From NCBI RefSeq assembly GCF_008065095.1, contig NZ_CP042911.1, positions 240,001 to 272,000 of the forward strand: 32,000 bases of DNA. Direction: 5' to 3'. The stretch is from Gemmata obscuriglobus (GTDB taxonomy: Bacteria; Planctomycetota; Planctomycetia; Gemmatales; Gemmataceae). A program made the position numbers and the translations under genes. Every line of letters starts with the position of its first letter. The stretch's first letter is position 1. Positions 29,705 to 32,000 of this stretch are shown here, in pieces. Under the pieces are notes generated by a model, which saw only the letters and a program-made list of their open reading frames with translations, had not been told where the DNA came from and ran no database searches.

Positions 29705-32000
29705 ATGACACACCACTGGCGCCCGGTGCCGCTCGCGCTCGTTGCGGCGGCGTGCCTGTCCCCGCACCTGGGCGCGCAGCCCGAATCACTCGCGCGGCGG
29801 CTCGCGACGGAACCGCCCGCGGCGCTCGCGAAGGACGCGCGGACCCGGGGCGACGCCGCCCGCGGCGCGGTGCTGTTCTTCCAGCCGTTCCTCGGCTGCG
29901 CCAAGTGCCACGACGCGGAGGCGGGCGTCCCCCTCGGCCCGGATCTGACGCGCGCGGACAAGGGGACGACCGCCGAGCACCTGATCGAATCGGTCCTCGC
30001 CCCCTCGAAGCAGATAAAAAAGGGCTACGAAACGGTCACGGTCGTCACCACCGACGACCGCACGATCACCGGGCTGCTCGCGGGCGAAACGGCCGACGCG
30101 CTGGCGCTCGTCGACCCTGCGGCGAACGGCCGCCGGGTCAGCGTTCCGAAAGCGGACGTGGCGAAGCGCACGACCGCCGCACAGTCGCTCATGCCCGACG
30201 GGCTGGCGGACCTGCTGTCCGACCGGCAGCAGTTCCTCGACCTCGCCCGGTACCTCATCGAGGTTGCCGAGGGCGGGCCGGGGCGGGCGCGGGAGCTGCG
30301 CCCGCCGGTGACGGCGCTCGTGATCCCCGGGTACGAAAAGGACCTCGACCACGCCGGCCTCGTTCGCGCCCTCGACGACAAGGCGCTCAAGCGCGGCGAG
30401 GCGATCTACGCGCGGGTGTGCGCGAACTGCCACGGCACGAAAGACCAGCCCGGCTCGCTGCCCGCGTCGCCGCGGTTCGCCGCGCACGCGTTCAAGAACG
30501 GGAGCGACCCCTACAGCCTGTACCAGACGCTCACCCGCGGGTACGGCCTGATGGCCCCGCAGACGTGGATGGTGCCGCGGCAGAAGTACGACGTGATCCA
30601 CTACATCCGCGAAACGTACCTGAAGCCGCACAACCCCGGCCGGTACACGAAGGCCGACGGCGCCTACCTGGCCAAGCTGCCCGCGGGCAAGAAGGGCGAG
30701 TTCGGCCCGGCCCCGGCGAACGTCGAGCCGTGGGCCGCGGCGGACTACGGCCCGAGCCTGATGAACACCTACGAGGTGGGCGGGCCGGGGCCGAACATCG
30801 CGTACAAGGGCGTCGCGGTGCGCCTCGACGCGGGCGCCGGCGGCGTGTCCCGCGGGAAGCGGTGGGCGCTGTTCGACCACGACACGATGCGGTTCGCGGC
30901 GGCGTGGACCGGTGACGGCTTCATCGACTGGAAGGGCATCCACTTCAACGGCCAGCACCAGATCCACCCGAAGCTCGCGGGCGACGTGGCGTTCGCGAAC
31001 CCGGTCGGGCCGGGCTGGGCCGACCCCGAAACCGGCGGCTTCAGCGACCCGCGACCGCTCGGCCGCGACAAGCGCCCCTACGGCCCGCTGCCGAAATCGT
31101 GGGCCGCGTTCAAAGGCGCCTACCAGTACGGCGACCGCACCGTTCTGTCGTACCGCGTCGGCCGGGCGGACGTGCTGGAACTGTTCGGCACGGAGAGCGA
31201 CCCGAAACAGCCGGGCGTCGCGGTCTTCACGCGCACGCTGGAGTTCGGCCCGACCGCGCACGACCTGCTCGCGCGGCTGGCGCCGGACGGCGTCGCGGTG
31301 GAACTGGTGGGCGAACCGGGCGCGGAACTCGCGCGGGCGGACGGCTTCGTGCTGCTGAAGGTGCCGGCCCGGCGCGAGCCGCGGCGGGTGAAGGTGCTGC
31401 TGGCGAAGGGCACGGCCGAAGCGCTCCAGGCATACGCGAAGACCTCGCCAGCCCCGGTCGCCCTCGCGCCGCTCACGGCGGGCGGGCCGCGGCGGTGGCC
31501 GGAGGTACTCAAGACGACCGTAACGGTTGGCAAAGACAGCGGCCCGTTCGCGGTGGACACGTTCGGGCTGCCGGAGCCCAACTCGTGGAACGCGCAACTG
31601 CGGCTCACCGGATTCGATTTCCTCCCGGGCGGCCAACAGATGGCGGTGTGCTCCTGGGACGGCGACGTGTGGCTGGTGAGCGGCCTCGGCGCCCCCGGCG
31701 GCGCGCTGGCGTGGCAGCGGATCGCGTCCGGGCTGTTCCAACCGCTCGGGCTGAAGGTGCGCGACGGGGCGATCTTCGTGTGCTGCCGCGACCAGATCGT
31801 GAAACTGCGCGACCTCAACGGCGACGGCGAAGCGGACTTCTACGAGTGCTTCAACAGCGACCACCAGGTGACGGAACACTTCCACGAGTTCGCGATGGGG
31901 CTCCAGACCGACGCGGACGGGAACTTCTACTACGCCAAGAGCGGCCGGCACGCGCTCCCGGCGCTGGTGCCGCACCACGGCACGCTGCTGAAGGTGGCGA
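29705..32000 (+). CDS. Heme-binding (2x CxxCH) 'membrane-bound dehydrogenase domain' protein, Planctomycetota/Verrucomicrobiota type; 3' end outside the window
   Basis: It is not in the ORF track because it has no stop in the window. I translated it by hand from the ATG at 29705, 5 nt after GAGG. Signal peptide: MTHHWRPVPLALVAAACLSPHLGA. Heme motifs: CAKCHD and CANCHG. The later part, …FDFLPGGQQMAVCSWDGDVWLVSGL…FVCCRDQIVKLRDLNGDGEADFYECFNSDHQVTEHFHEFAMGLQTDADGNFYYAKSG, is typical of this family. Confidence 0.85.
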   Translation, partial: MTHHWRPVPLALVAAACLSPHLGAQPESLARRLATEPPAALAKDARTRGDAARGAVLFFQPFLGCAKCHDAEAGVPLGPDLTRADKGTTAEHLIESVLAPSKQIKKGYETVTVVTTDDRTITGLLAGETADALALVDPAANGRRVSVPKADVAKRTTAAQSLMPDGLADLLSDRQQFLDLARYLIEVAEGGPGRARELRPPVTALVIPGYEKDLDHAGLVRALDDKALKRGEAIYARVCANCHGTKDQPGSLPASPRFAAHAFKNGSDPYSLYQTLTRGYGLMAPQTWMVPRQKYDVIHYIRETYLKPHNPGRYTKADGAYLAKLPAGKKGEFGPAPANVEPWAAADYGPSLMNTYEVGGPGPNIAYKGVAVRLDAGAGGVSRGKRWALFDHDTMRFAAAWTGDGFIDWKGIHFNGQHQIHPKLAGDVAFANPVGPGWADPETGGFSDPRPLGRDKRPYGPLPKSWAAFKGAYQYGDRTVLSYRVGRADVLELFGTESDPKQPGVAVFTRTLEFGPTAHDLLARLAPDGVAVELVGEPGAELARADGFVLLKVPARREPRRVKVLLAKGTAEALQAYAKTSPAPVALAPLTAGGPRRWPEVLKTTVTVGKDSGPFAVDTFGLPEPNSWNAQLRLTGFDFLPGGQQMAVCSWDGDVWLVSGLGAPGGALAWQRIASGLFQPLGLKVRDGAIFVCCRDQIVKLRDLNGDGEADFYECFNSDHQVTEHFHEFAMGLQTDADGNFYYAKSGRHALPALVPHHGTLLKVA

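Noticed and set aside
30016-30022. Second in-register A_AAA_AAG heptamer (…CAG ATA AAA AAG GGC…) inside the heme-dehydrogenase gene
   Set aside because: The zero frame continues with conserved sequence (…KQIKKGYETVTVV…). The -1 frame gives only Arg/Gly-rich sequence with no meaningful product or nearby stop. It is most likely just a Lys-Lys codon pair. It is a useful reminder that the heptamer alone is not evidence for the 2790..2796 site.
24778-31978. Minus-strand ORFs of 721, 732 and 730 aa (24778..26943, 27139..29337, 29786..31978) and the plus-strand ORF 29752..30915
   Set aside because: All overlap strongly supported plus-strand genes: the beta-helix/FG-GAP protein, the ECF-WD40 protein and the heme-dehydrogenase. 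All translate to Arg/Gly/Pro-rich sequence. ORF 29752..30915 is simply a wrong frame of the real CDS that starts at 29705.

Overview
This is a high-GC chromosomal segment, roughly 70% by eye. Its gene content looks like Planctomycetota, most like Gemmataceae. The markers are an ECF sigma factor fused to a TM helix and WD40 propeller, a giant beta-helix/FG-GAP secreted protein with an N-terminal LExLExR-type motif, a CxxCH heme 'membrane-bound dehydrogenase' protein, PQQ-like propellers, an LRR lipoprotein and many Tat/lipoprotein signals.

I support about 22 CDS. I chose frames by protein plausibility, motifs, Shine-Dalgarno-like sequences and signal peptides. In this GC range the long antisense ORFs are artefacts. 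One real CDS (29705 to the window end) and a short C-terminal fragment (1..136) run off the window edges and are missing from the ORF track.

I found no rRNA, no intact tRNA, no CRISPR array and no intact transposase or integrase.

The points most worth a second look are:
- An A_AAA_AAG slippery heptamer inside a T8/A8 run sits exactly at the stop codon of a Tat-exported PhnD-like gene. A -1 shift there reads straight into the conserved DWxQWRGPNRDG N-terminal motif of the downstream PQQ-like propeller, which has no start codon or signal peptide of its own.
- An uncharacterised secreted propeller in the same operon has a coiled-coil insertion and vicinal-cysteine GGCC blade motifs.
- A decayed AAA+ ATPase carries a 1-nt frameshift in its P-loop and lies next to a tRNA T-loop-like 11-mer.
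- There are several structured intergenic elements: a two-copy ~110-nt repeat family, a 116-bp near-perfect palindrome, and a 24-bp-stem hairpin inside a 1.3-kb non-coding gap.
- Two tandem TolC-like genes have no pump partners in the window.
- An M24-fold protein appears to have lost all its metal ligands.

All homology statements come from reading the translations and recognising motifs. No searches were run.
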